DNA of 64,000 nt from Minisyncoccota bacterium (lineage in GTDB: Bacteria; Patescibacteriota; Minisyncoccia; Phycocordibacterales; JABAAK01), in contig OZ241963.1 of NCBI GenBank assembly GCA_965204115.1, forward strand, positions 10,632 to 74,631. The letters are read 5' to 3'. Position numbers and translations under genes: made by a program. Position 1 is the first letter of the stretch; each line of letters begins with the position of its first letter. Below the pieces are notes generated by a model that worked only from the letters and a program-made list of their open reading frames with translations, was not told where the DNA came from and made no database searches. Shown here in pieces: positions 9,253 through 21,600 of the stretch.

Positions 9253-11529
9253 ATGTTCATTATACAAAAAGCAAGATACATCGTGTTTGCGGTGCTTGCT
9301 GTATTATTCATTACTTCTCTTGGATTTATCGCTGTGTCTGCGGAGACGACGATGGAAGAGGAGCTGTCTGTGTCGCCGGAGTCGACATCTACGTCGGTGC
9401 CTGGTGGTGAAGAAGCTGCTGGCGAGGTTGGTCCGGTCGGAGTTACGAATGAGCTTGAAGTTGCCCGTGATGTGATGTGGGATGCTCTCCTGAACGATGC
9501 TGATGACTCGCTTTCTGTTGCCCTGCATGGTGTGCATGTTCTGCTTTCCGGTGTTGTTGAGCTTGACGGAAAGCGGGTCTTGTATGTCGGTGTTGATGAG
9601 GAGGACTATACGGATGACGCAAAGATGACCGCATTGAAGAAGGAGGTGGAAAAGCGTTTCCCTAATGTGCCGGTGTATATTCACGCAACTGAAGGAGTGA
9701 AGTATCAACAGAGCAAAGAGCCGTTGTTCTTTAGGTCTGAGCCGAAAAAGGCAATTCCTGATAATACGGACACGCAGTCAGTGTCTAGTTTGATTACTAT
9801 TCCTTCTCGTTCTGGTGCCTTGAGTACGCAGGTCATTAGTGATATTCAGGTTTCTGTGGATGTTACGCACAACTACATCAGTGATCTTAAGATCGATCTT
9901 GTTGCTCCAAATGGTACTGTTGTCGTTCTGCACGACAATGTGGGTGGTAATGCAAAGAATATCAACAGGACATACGATACTCATTTGGACGGATTGATTG
10001 GCACGACTATGAGTGGGAACTGGAGATTGCGAGTTGGTGACTATAATTGGAGTAATACCGGAACATTGAATGCCTGGAATATCCGGGTGGAGACACGGGA
10101 TCGCGGACAAACAAGTGCTTCTTCCACGGTTATCTTCTCTGATGATTTCTCAGGTGGTCTCGTCAAGTGGACTTCGCGAGTGGGTCACAATGATACCGGT
10201 TGGAGGGCAATGCCACACACCGAAGGTGATGTTATTTACGGTTTTGGTGCGGGTAATATTGTTGCAGAGGCAGAAGAGTGTGATTCTATCTGTGTGATTA
10301 CGACTTCTGCGCCTATTGACCTCACGGCACACAATCAGGCATATCTTTCGTTCAACCGTTGGGTGGATACTGCGCTTGATTTGAATGAGTACTTGAAGGT
10401 TGAGGTGAGTAACGACGGTGGTGTTACCTATCGTCAGCTTGATAAATGGGATAGTGCGAGTGGGGACAACGATGACAAATGGCATCGCGAGTCGTATACC
10501 CTAACTGCTGCTGATCTTCGTGCTACTGACTTCAAGATTCGGTTTGTGACCAGACAGAGTTCTTCAGCTGAACAAACGGCAATAGATAATGTACTGCTTT
10601 CTTCTGATTCTACTGAAACGATAGCGCCGATAATGCCGGGCGATGATTGCTTTACCATCGGAAGTCGTTCTACAGATGGCTCTGTGATGGGAGGTGACCG
10701 GGTCTTTAACCGAGTTCCTGGAGATGACGCTGCTGGCTTTGGTTGTAGTACGCTGACTTTGGGAGGGGTTGAGACCGTGGGTGGAAAGAAAGGTTTTGTA
10801 ATGTCAGCGCATGCTGTTGATCGTGAGAATCTGGAACAAACCGGCGGACTTGTTGCTGCCTCGCTTAAGGGTTCTACATTTAGCAAGTATTTGGGAAGAG
10901 TTGATCGTATGCCGTTTGTCTGGAAGGATAATGTGACTGGTGGCAGCGAAAAGGAGTCAGTTATTCTTGCCGATGCGGCGTTTGTGGAGTATCCTTACAG
11001 CAATGTCTGCTCTCGGTTGATTGCAGAAAAGTCTGGAGTTGGTGTGGTTGCTCAGAAGGTTCAGAACCTGTGTTTCCAGTATGAGTACATAGATCGGGTG
11101 CAGTCAAAGAAGATTCGTGGAGATAAGGAGATATACAGTGTTGTCGGTTCTGAGGTTGTTGAGATTGGTGATCGTGTCCGTATTTCTGGTGCAGTTCAAG
11201 GCGAACTTGCGGGAAGCACTACTGCGAAGGGATCAGTTGCGGGTGAGTTGCTGTATTCTGACAAGGTGAGTGGTGCACATAGTTATGTGTTCCTGTATAC
11301 CGGATCTTTGATGCAGGATGGGGACAGTGGCGCCCCTGTGTATACCGAGCCCAATGCGGAGAACGAGGTTGAGATTGTCGGACTTCATATTGGCTCAATG
11401 AAGCACCCTAGTCGGGAGTTTGTTTTTGGTGTGTTTAGTTCGTGGAGAGATGTGCAGGGAACGCTCGGCTTGCGTCCGCTTGGTTCTGATGGTACTGAAG
11501 AATACGATGATGCTGAGGACGAAGAGTAG
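9253..11529 (+). CDS. Secreted protease: proprotein-convertase P-domain, beta-sandwich and C-terminal chymotrypsin-like (S1) domain
   Basis: P-domain VDVTHNYISDLKIDLVAPNGT…GNWRLRV.D…GTLNAW; S1 triad MSAHA / DAA / GDSGAP. Confidence 0.8.
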   Translation: MFIIQKARYIVFAVLAVLFITSLGFIAVSAETTMEEELSVSPESTSTSVPGGEEAAGEVGPVGVTNELEVARDVMWDALLNDADDSLSVALHGVHVLLSGVVELDGKRVLYVGVDEEDYTDDAKMTALKKEVEKRFPNVPVYIHATEGVKYQQSKEPLFFRSEPKKAIPDNTDTQSVSSLITIPSRSGALSTQVISDIQVSVDVTHNYISDLKIDLVAPNGTVVVLHDNVGGNAKNINRTYDTHLDGLIGTTMSGNWRLRVGDYNWSNTGTLNAWNIRVETRDRGQTSASSTVIFSDDFSGGLVKWTSRVGHNDTGWRAMPHTEGDVIYGFGAGNIVAEAEECDSICVITTSAPIDLTAHNQAYLSFNRWVDTALDLNEYLKVEVSNDGGVTYRQLDKWDSASGDNDDKWHRESYTLTAADLRATDFKIRFVTRQSSSAEQTAIDNVLLSSDSTETIAPIMPGDDCFTIGSRSTDGSVMGGDRVFNRVPGDDAAGFGCSTLTLGGVETVGGKKGFVMSAHAVDRENLEQTGGLVAASLKGSTFSKYLGRVDRMPFVWKDNVTGGSEKESVILADAAFVEYPYSNVCSRLIAEKSGVGVVAQKVQNLCFQYEYIDRVQSKKIRGDKEIYSVVGSEVVEIGDRVRISGAVQGELAGSTTAKGSVAGELLYSDKVSGAHSYVFLYTGSLMQDGDSGAPVYTEPNAENEVEIVGLHIGSMKHPSREFVFGVFSSWRDVQGTLGLRPLGSDGTEEYDDAEDEE

Positions 11530-11555
11530 TGGTTTGTTGTTGAGTTGAGCTTAGC

Positions 11556-11592
11556 GCAAAAACACCTCTGCAGTAGTGCAGAGGTGTTTTGC
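11556..11592 (+). terminator. Intrinsic terminator
   Basis: gcaaaaacacctctgca-gtag-tgcagaggtgttttgc. Confidence 0.75.
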
Positions 11593-11611
11593 TTTGGGTG
11601 TGTTTTTCCAC
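11581..11611. repeat. Left direct repeat of DUF3800 cassette 1
   Basis: gaggtgttttgctttg(ggtg)tgtttttccac; matches 12524-12550 apart from a 4-bp indel. Confidence 0.75.
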
Positions 11612-11622
11612 CATCTTGTCTA

Positions 11623-11651
11623 TTGACATTGAGTTTAAAATGGGGTATATT
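11623..11651 (+). promoter_or_regulatory. Sigma70-type promoter convergent on DUF3800 gene 1
   Basis: TTGACA (11623-11628), 17 bp spacer, TATATT (11646-11651). Confidence 0.8.
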
Positions 11652-11655
11652 GATG

Positions 11656-11725
11656 GTAAATGGACGGGGGGATGTTCCTGGTCGGCGTTATGGTCTCGGT
11701 GTGTAACCGAGGTCTTTCGCTTTTT
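11656..11725 (+). ncRNA. Putative DUF3800-associated small structured RNA
   Basis: Follows the promoter; hairpins gacgggggg-atg-ttcctggtc and ggtctcggt-gtgta-accgaggtc, then tttcgcttttt; abuts the DUF3800 stop codon, as recalled for the Rfam DUF3800 RNA motifs. Confidence 0.7.
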
Positions 11726-12446
11726 ATGGAAAACATTTCAACCCGCATCCCTTGACAATACCTTTGGTATTTCGGTGAAATTTTGTCTCAATAATGTCGT
11801 ATGCACGATTGCTTTGATTGGGGCGCAATTGCTTTATACCGATTGGGCGAGCAATAACATCAGCAAGTTGTAGTCCAGTTGAATTTGTTTTTTTGTCAGC
11901 AAACACCATCTCAAAATTTGCTCCGATACCGTCTTTTGTCTGATGAAATGCAATTTCTAAATCACGGTCCTCTGCTTTACCACGACACTCAAAGATTAGG
12001 TGAGTGTGTTTTCTTTCCTGCATCTTACTTTTCAAAAACATCTGAAGGCGCTCCATACAAAAACGCAATGCCAGTGGGTACGGATTTGCTGGGTTGCTGT
12101 ACTTTTCTTTATGTTGCGTTTTGTTGATCACGGTGGCAATGACTGTCATTGGCACTTCTCTCATACAATTGTTGAGATCATTCAGAAAAATCTCTCGTCG
12201 TTCTATGTTTTGCAAAAAAGCAAACGGCGGTTCCTGTTTTCTGATACTGCGCTCGTGTAACACGACATTGTCGTGGCCAAAGTGTCTGAACTTAAACTGT
12301 TGAATCTTTGGTACAACAGTGTGTATATATTCATTTTTTTGAAAAATACAAAAAACTAGCACAAAAACAGGGTAGTCCGGATTGTTATTTAGCAGGCAGT
12401 GATCGCCGCTCTCGTCAATGTACACAATATATTCGCTGTACTCCAT
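11724..12446 (-). CDS. DUF3800 family protein (RNase H-like acidic motifs)
   Basis: YIVYIDESG…LHERSIR…FECRG…GLQLADVIARPI. Confidence 0.9.
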   Translation of the reverse strand: MEYSEYIVYIDESGDHCLLNNNPDYPVFVLVFCIFQKNEYIHTVVPKIQQFKFRHFGHDNVVLHERSIRKQEPPFAFLQNIERREIFLNDLNNCMREVPMTVIATVINKTQHKEKYSNPANPYPLALRFCMERLQMFLKSKMQERKHTHLIFECRGKAEDRDLEIAFHQTKDGIGANFEMVFADKKTNSTGLQLADVIARPIGIKQLRPNQSNRAYDIIETKFHRNTKGIVKGCGLKCFP

Positions 12447-12523
12447 ATCTTGCAGTGTGCCAAGTGTGCCAAATCATTTTATATTTTGCAAGTCGGTGGG
12501 GTGAGGTTGTTGATTCGTAGGTG

Positions 12524-12550
12524 GAGGTGTTTTGCTTTGTGTTTTTCCAC
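12524..12550. repeat. Right direct repeat of DUF3800 cassette 1
   Basis: gaggtgttttgctttgtgtttttccac. Confidence 0.75.
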
Positions 12551-12629
12551 AGGGTTTGTGGGGTGGTTGTTTTGTGCGGGGGATTTGCGGTATACTATCG
12601 GTGTTATTCATATACAAATATTTTTAGGT

Positions 12630-15600
12630 ATGTTCTTTGGTAAACAATTGTTGGATTTTTTGCTGCATAGTCGTCGGGCTGGTGCGGTTGACGGTGCTGT
12701 GGGGAGTGTTCGTGCTGTGGGGGTAGATTTGTGGCGGTCGTTGGTGCCTTTGGTGCTGGTGTCGTTTGTGGCACTGCTGTCGCTGTTTGTGTTTGCAGGG
12801 CAGGCGAGTGCGGCGGTAGCAAAGCCGAGTGCCATTGCCCTGACCACACCGAGTAGTTCACCGGGGAATGATACCACTCCTACCTTCACGGTGACGGTGA
12901 GTGAAACCGGAGGAACAGTTACCTTGTATTCAGATAGTGGCTGTACCACTTCCAACGCTATTTCGTCGGCAACCAGTGTTACTGATACTGATTCGCCGTT
13001 TACCGTGGCAGTTACCGCCAACACGCTTTCGGCGGGTACCTATACCGTCTATGCGAAACATACCGAAGGTGGTGAGGACTCTCCTTGTTCTACTGAAACC
13101 GCCTCTTATGTGCTTGACACTACCGCGCCGACGGTTGATACGACTGATACGAAGTATTACTCTTCTGTTAGCGTTGACAACTCAGGTCAAAGTCCGACCT
13201 ATGTGGTTACTTTTTCAAATGCGAATGCGCTTGGTGCTGACTCTATAAGGGTAACTGATCAGTATATTCATGCCAGAGTGAAGTTCTCGGAGGATGTAAA
13301 AGGTGCTATTACAAACACCCCAGGTACCGACCGACCGTCAATATGGCGTGTTATTGGGAGTGCAGAGACACAGTTTGAGGTGGAGGGGCAACTTGCCGCT
13401 GGCCTTGAGGATCCTGCTGATACTATTGGTGCTTGTGCGCCGGCTGATGGAGAGAATACCCCTTTTGTCACTGATGATTGGATTTGTACATATAGAGTTA
13501 AGTCAACAGACCTCGGTAAGTTTAAGATTCGGGTGAAGACCACCACCACTGATGCCGCTGGTAATGCGCTTGCGCAGCAGTATGACCACGGTACTACTAT
13601 CCAGCTGAACAAGCCTGCTGCGCCTAGTGCTATAGTCCCCACAAGCGACACCGGCTCAAGCACCAGTGACAAAATCACCAAAGAGCTCACCAAGGTGAAG
13701 GTAACCTTGCCGACGAGTGCGTCTCCTACCACCTCAAGCACCCTGCAGATATTTACCTACACCCCAGCGAGCGATGGTTCGTGTGCTACACCGACCGGTT
13801 CAAACGATGGTTGGACGAGCAGAGGGACTACCACAGGAGCGACTGCGACAGGAGGTAGCCCGAACTATGTTACCAGCACCAGAGTGTGGACGAGTAACAC
13901 TTTCACTCAGCCGTCAGAAGGCAAGTACTGTTTCACTGCACAGTACGACATAGACGGCTCCGGCACCAGTAATGTTGCCTCTTCCTACGCCGCCGGTATG
14001 CTTATGGAGCTGGACACCACTGCGCCGACTGTTACTGCGGCTGACACTAAATACTACTCCAGCAGTACGCTGACGACGGAAAATGAGCTTGCCAGTGGCT
14101 CGTACCGCAAGCAAGGGCAAGATATCTACACCAGGGTGAAGTTTTCAGAGAATGTGTCTAACACCACTGCTAATGATACTACCGCCCGCCCCTCTATCTG
14201 GTACCTCATTGGCAGCAATGAGACCCAGTACGACATTGTGGCGCATAGTGCCACCCTTGCAGATGGCGACTGTAAGGCAAAGAGTAGTACCGACACCAGT
14301 GAGTACACCTGTCTGTACACCACCACCTCAAATGTAAACGGTGCGTTCAAGGTACGCGTGAAGACCGACACGAAGGATGTTGCTGGCACGGCACTTGGCA
14401 CGCAGTATGACCATGGCAGTACTATCACCCTTGACACCACCGCACCCACCGTTACCTCGGCGGATACTAAATACTATTCCAACAGCAACCTGTCAACAGA
14501 ACTCACCAACGGCTCATACCGTAAGTCGGGGGAGAGTGTGTACACCAAGGTGAAGTTTTCAGAAAATGTTGCTAATACCGATGCCAACGACACCACCGCC
14601 CGCCCCTCTATCTGGTACCTCATCGGCAGCAACGAGACCCAGTACGACATCGTGGCACACGATGCCACGCTCGCAGATGGCGACTGTAAGGCAAAGAGCA
14701 GCACCGACACCAATGAGTACACCTGTCTCTACACCACTGCCTCCAATGTAAACGGTGCGTTCAAGGTACGGATAAAGACCGATACGCAAGACCGCGCCGC
14801 CAACGCACTCAGCACACAGTATGACCATAGCAACACCATCACCCTTGACACCACCGCACCAACCGTTACCGGCACCATTGCCACTGCCAATGAAAACACC
14901 GTGAACAGTGTGAAGTACCTCAACGCAAACGACACCATCACCCTGACCTTAACCCTCACCGAGAACATCCAAGCAACCAACCCCATCGTGCAGTTTAAGA
15001 ACGGCGCCAACAACCTCGGTACCCCTATCACCACCACCGGCTCCGGCACCACCAGAGAAGCGGTCTTCACCGTTGCCTCCGGACAGAATGTCAGCAACGG
15101 CAACCTGAAGTGGGACATCACCAATGAATCATCCGTCCTTGACAACGCCGGCAACGCTCTTGTCGCAGTCGCAGCACAAGACATCAGCAACACCGTCATA
15201 GACACCACCCCACCACTTGCTCCTACCAACCTTGACCTCGCCACCGCAGACGACTCCTGTGCTGACTTTGACGGCACAACAGGATGTGACTTTGGTAGTA
15301 ACACGGATAATCGTACCAGCACCACCACCGGCTTGTCTATCTCATACAGTGGGGAAGAGCATGCCACCGTACAGCTCAGTAAATCCAAAGACGGCGGCAG
15401 TGCTGCAGAGGTCGGTACTCGTTCAAGCGCACTCGCCTCATCCGGAGCAGGGACCACTGACATCGCCCTTTCAGACGGTGACGGTGTCTATACTGTTACC
15501 GCGAAGCAAACCGACCGAGCACTGAACATCTCCCCTGCATCAGCCGCTCTTGACATCACCATAGACACCACCGCACCCACTGCACCTCCTACCCCAGACC

Positions 15601-18600
15601 TTCAAGCAGCCAGCGACACCGGTGTCTCCAGTACCGACAACCTCACCAAAGATGCGACTGTTAACTTTGACCTCGGTAGCCATACCAACACAGAAGAGTG
15701 TCGGTATGTCTACGAAGGCAGTAATGTTACCGGACAATCTACCTATGCGTGTGTAGCAGCAGCCGACGATGCCTACACCAACACCACCGAGAGAGAAGAA
15801 TCATTCAAGACCAGAGCATACGATGCCGCCGGTAACCACGCCGACTCCGCAACCGCACTCAAGGTACGCTTTGACCGCTCCATCACCGAGGCACTCATAG
15901 ACCTCAAAGCCACCAGCGACTCCGGGTACTCAACCACCGACAACATCACCAATGTGACCGAGCCAACCGTCGCCCTCTCCCAGTTAGAGAGTAGTGCAGA
16001 CCCAACCACCGGCACTGGTAAAGCACAGGTAACCATAAACCTCTGGGTTGACGGTGATATTGATACTGTTGTAGACAAAACTGAACTCACCCAAGTAGGT
16101 GCCATAGCCAATGTCTCAAGCACCACCCAAGACCTCCAACTCTCCGCCCTCACCGAAGATATACACAAACTCGTGGCCGTACACACCGATGATGCAGGGA
16201 ACGAAGCAATCACCGCTGTCTCTAAACTCGCCTACAACCCGGCAGACGGCACCAAAGGCAGCAATGTCATCATCGTAGACACCACCGCACCGGAAGCACC
16301 AAGCAAACCAGACCTCTCCCCAAACCGTGACACCTACGGTGCAAACGCCAACCCCTCCCGAGACGGTACCAACGCAGACGATGTCACCTACCACCAAGAC
16401 CTCCTCTTCTTTACTGAGGCATCCAAACGAAACGACGGAGACAGCCAAGACCTCACCCAAGCAGCTCTCATCAGAGAACAACACCACCTCTTGGCGTATG
16501 AGCTCACCGCAGCCGACTCATCAACCGCAACCGCAACCTCCATCACCGGACAGAACATCAGCGGTACTACCCACAGTAACCCAACCAACACCGCAGCCAG
16601 AACCATCACCTCACAACAAAACTACCACTCCCAAACCGTTGCAGGACAACAACACACCCATCGATTCGCCGGAGCCACCCCAGACACCGAAAACCAATAC
16701 CACATCGCTACCAAACAGGTAGACGCAGCAGGGAACACCTCTGACTACGGACCAACCCTCTCCCTCAAAATAGACCGCAAAGCACCAAACGAAGCCCCCG
16801 GAGAACTCATCCTCCACTTTGACTCTGACACCGGTATCTCTATGACCGACCGCAGAACCGCCAACACCACCCCCGTCTTCATCACCGAGTTCCCCAGAAC
16901 ACGACAACTGGAAGGAGAAAACACCGACACCGACTACCAAGTAGACTACTACGAACTCTGGCGTGCAGGCCTGGACAGCAACTACGAAACAGAAGGTGCT
17001 TTCGCCTACCCCTCAGATTCAACCCAAAACCACCAAGCATCCTTCGGACTCATCCCCGACACCGAAGACGCCACCGACCAACTCAGTGACACCACCTCAT
17101 CTAACCCCCTCCTCGATGTCTACGAAGACGGTATCTCCGTACGCATCATCCAACAGAACATCCCCCAGTACAACAAACACTACTCCTACAAGATGGTATC
17201 CGTCGACCTCGCCGGTAACACCACCCTCGGTGTTGATGAATCCAACCCCGAGATACTCGTTCCCCCACCAACCCCTTCTGACCCTGACCTTGCCACCGCA
17301 TCAGACACCGGCTCAAGCACCTCAGACAACCTCACCAAAAACACCACCCTCACCCTCACCACCTCCTACCGCAACACCTCCACCGCAGAACAACAAGGAC
17401 AAGCCGCACAAAACCTCAGAACCCTTGAACTCACCATCACCCCACCGAACAACGGCGACCCCCAAACCCTCCTCTTCTCCCGACCCGCAGATCACAACGA
17501 CGGTGACGGCTTTGACATCCCCACCGGAGAACGCAGAGATGCAGAGGGTGTCCCCGACCCCACCCACACCACCTTCACCGCCACCTACTCCTTCTCCACC
17601 GCAGTAGACCTCACCCAGGTATTCGGTGACGACCTCCAAGACGGCACCTACACCCTCTCCTTCCTCGGTATCAACAGCCAAGGTGAACGCGGTCTCCCTT
17701 CCAACGAACTCACTGTTACGCTTGATACCACCCCACCTGCATTCGGTGATAACCTTACCCTTACTTCAACGAGAGTTTACGAACAAAGCTCAGGCGCCAA
17801 CACCAAACACCGCTTTGAGATCGCTGCCACCCCAGACACCGAAGAAGGCACCGTCGTAACCTTCCACTACGGTACCACCAACACCGCTGTCCTGACCGTT
17901 ACCAACAACATCGGTCGCACCGCAAGTAACGCCTCCTTCGCGGAAGTAGCTATTACCACCCACTCACTCGCTGAGGACTACACCGACTACGAAGTATCCC
18001 TCATAGACGCAGCAGGGAACAGTGTCCCACGCTTTGCCTACCCCGACAATGCTAAAGCACCCCGTTTCCTCTCATTTGACACCGGAGAAACCAACACCTA
18101 CATCCTCAGTGCCTACCCCCGCAACGACGGCACCATCACCGAACCCTACAGCGCAACCACTGCCTCCGGTGGTACCTGTCAGACTACCACTACCTCCACC
18201 ACCTACACCCCACGAAGCAAGGTGACCGTCGCCTCAGCCACCACTGATGCCTGTGCCGTAGCCGTGGACTCCTACGGCAACCGAACCATCGTCAACATCA
18301 GCGCAGAGAAAACTGACCTCATCACCGCCGCCGGTATCCACCCCGACGACGACAGCACCGAGCAAGGAGACAACCTCACCAACAACCCAAACCCCCGCTA
18401 CCACGGAACCACCATCCCCGGTGCCAGTGTTCGCTTTCAAACCAAACGCAGTGCCGACGACTGGACTGATGCCTACGAGCAGACCGTCACTGCCGAAGAC
18501 GACGGCTCCTTCACCATCCCCCGAATACTGAGTACTCCTGCCGGTGGACAACGAGAGTCGATCTTTACGACGACGGTGACGACTGGGGATGCGACAGGAG

Positions 18601-21600
18601 ATGCTGATCCAGTGCATGGCTACTTTAGCGTTGAGAGATCTAATGTTGGCAGCATTGTTGCAAGGCAAGCAGGATCTGCAAGTCAAACATCGTTTACCCA
18701 TAATGGTTTTTCTCTTGAATTAAAGGGTGTGGGATTTAGAGATACTGCTGGTAGTAGCGATTATTTTGGTTTTTGTGTTGTAGCAGATAACTCGAAACTT
18801 AGCATTGCCGGATTAAATAATGTTAAACTTTTCAAGGTGTTTCCTGACCCGCTCTCTATCGTTTTCCGCGATAGTGATCACACCATCACTTTGCCGCTTG
18901 TTCGTGATGCTTTAAATTCAGATTTTACTGTCAATGCAGCCCTGTTTGGAATAGATCTTGCTGGGGAGGAGGATCCCTGCCTTGTTTTCTTCTCTGGAGG
19001 ATCATCGTCACTGACGAGTAGCATAGCCCTCCTCCGCCAGCACTTCTTCACCAACGAAGGGACGACCTTCACCTTCTCCATAGAGCCCATGGCAAGCGGG
19101 ATGAAGACCTCGGTAGATGTGCGTGCCTACCTCACCCACACCGATGTCCTCGGTGCCGCAGAACTCACCACGCCAATAGACCTCTCACCGCTGACCCTTG
19201 ATGTTACTCCACCTGCTATCTCGGCCGCTCTGAAAGAGCCGACTTCCTCTCCTGCTGCTGACACCACCCCAACCCTCACCATCACCGCCGAGGAGAGCGC
19301 CACCGTCGGCCTCTACAGCGACGCACAGTGTTCAGTGCAAGTGGGCTCATCTGCAACTGTCGCAGCAGGCGAGAGCACCGCTGACCTCACCACCGCAGCA
19401 CTCACCGACGGCGAGTATGCATTCTACGCACAGGGAACAGATGTCGCCGGCAACCCTGCCTGCACCCAAAGCGCACTGGACTACACCCTGGACACCGTTG
19501 CTCCTGATGTGACCGTCATTCAAGTCGGCACCGGAGACACCGCACAGTATGTCGCCACCGCAGCAGACGCAACCACCACCACCGCACGCCACAAAGACAC
19601 CACTCCCAGTGCTGTCTGCACCGTGACTGCCGGACTTGAGACCGACGGCACCCTTTCTTCAGGATGGACTGCCTACACCGGCACCCTGGTTAAATCAAAC
19701 GGAGACAATGCCGGCAGTATCTCCGGCAGTGGCGGTATGTGTATCATCTTCACCGATGCAGCAGGGAACAGCACCGCACAACACATTGTTGACGGCGGCA
19801 CCTACACCAACAGTATCGGCGGCTTCACCATCTCAGACGACACCGGTGTTCTCAGCGACGACTTCATCACCAACAATCCTTCACAAACCCTCTCTGCCGT
19901 TACCGTCCCCGGCTCCGAAGGATCACTCATCCTCACCAACAAAACAGATACCAACCAAGTCATCACCCTGCCGTTTACTGCGTCACACTATTCAGCAACA
20001 CAACCCTCCCGTTTCTCCGTCTCTACCACCATCCCGGAAGGCACCTACACCGTCACCGCAGAGGTGACCATAGACGGCACCCCCGTTACTGCTATCCCCC
20101 TCCAAGACCCACTCATTGTGGACACCACTGCTCCGTCTGCCCCTGAAACCGCCAACCCCTACAGCTTGACTTCCTCAAATGATACTTTTAAAGTGGACGG
20201 TGTAGTGCGCGCAGGGTTTACTTATGTGAGCGCTTCAATTGGTGTTGCGTCTGCGCCGTACTCTGTTGGCTCTACTACCCAGCACTTCCTCACGCTCTTT
20301 GGTACTGACTATCCGTGTACTTACAGCACTTCTCAAGCCAACTCCGGTGTAAATGAGAGTGATACTTTTACCTGTTCTATCAATTACACGGTTGATGCCA
20401 CCACTCCACAGGGAGTAGCGGCTCTTACGATGCGAGGAGAAGATGTTGCGGGGAATGCGTACTCCTTTACCATTTCGGATGACGATGCTGTTGTCTACAC
20501 CGTAGACACCCTCGCCCCCGAGTACACCGTCACCGCCTCAAAGACCGCAGCAAAGCCGGGAGACACTGTTACTGTTACCGTAGATGCAGACGACCTCCAC
20601 GATGTACTCCTCAACGGCTCTGCCGTGAGTGATGACAACCAAATGCGGGTATCCTTTGCAGGAGAGCAGTTCTCTCTCAGCACCCTCCCCGGCTCCTTTG
20701 ACTACACCGTACCGACAGATGCCCTGGACGGACAACGCACTATCTCACTCCCCCAGATAACCGACCGTGTGGGTAACGCAGCAGCACCAACGCCACAAGG
20801 CGTACTCTTCGTAGACACCAAGACCCCGAGTGTCTCTCGGTACTTGTTTAGCAACTCCGGCACCACCCTCTCTGTATCCGCACAGGTAGCACGCAACAAC
20901 CACTCCTCTATGCCGGGAGAAGAAGGCGTAACCCTCTCCTTCACCGGCTCCTGCTCCTCCTTCCCAGCCTCACCCGTATTCACCGCATCAGCACAAGCAG
21001 CACCAGAACGCTACGCCTACAGTATCCGTATCCCCCGAGGCACCTACACCGCTGACACCTGCTCCCTCATTGCAAGAGACGCCGTCGGTAACCAATCTGA
21101 CCCAACCCTCACCACCATCCCCCTCACCATCACCGCATCACGATCAGGTGGCGGCAGTAGCGGCGGCGGTGGCGGTGTCGGCGTCATCAAATACAATGTC
21201 TCCCGCGGTGGCCCTCCACTCCCCGAACAAGTCGGTATCCCCCTCCCCCCTGAACCCCGTGCAGAAGAGGTATCCGCTGCAATTCAGTCAACCCTCACCC
21301 GTAACCTCACCATCGGCTCACAAGGCAACGATGTCCAACAACTCCAACGCTACCTTAACAACAACACCTGCCCTGTAGCACAGACAGGAGCCGGCTCCCC
21401 GGGACAAGAGTCCACCTACTTCGGACAAAAAACCCAACAAGCCGTCATCTGCTACCAACAAAAACACTCCATCACCCCACCCCAAGGGTATGTCGGTCCC
21501 AAGACCAGAGCACACATCAACGCCCGCATCAGCCCGCACCCAGCAGCACCCCAAGGCATCCCCCTTACCATTGACTCCACACTCCCACCCCAGACCAAGG

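Noticed and set aside
11589-11873. 94-aa plus-strand ORF over the DUF3800 RNA
   Set aside because: It starts upstream of the promoter, overlaps DUF3800 in antisense and has no recognisable motif; the RNA interpretation fits better
12399-12629. N-terminal extension of the giant ORF in the track
   Set aside because: It overlaps the DUF3800 gene start, the flanking repeat and a TATACT box; ATG 12630 is more plausible
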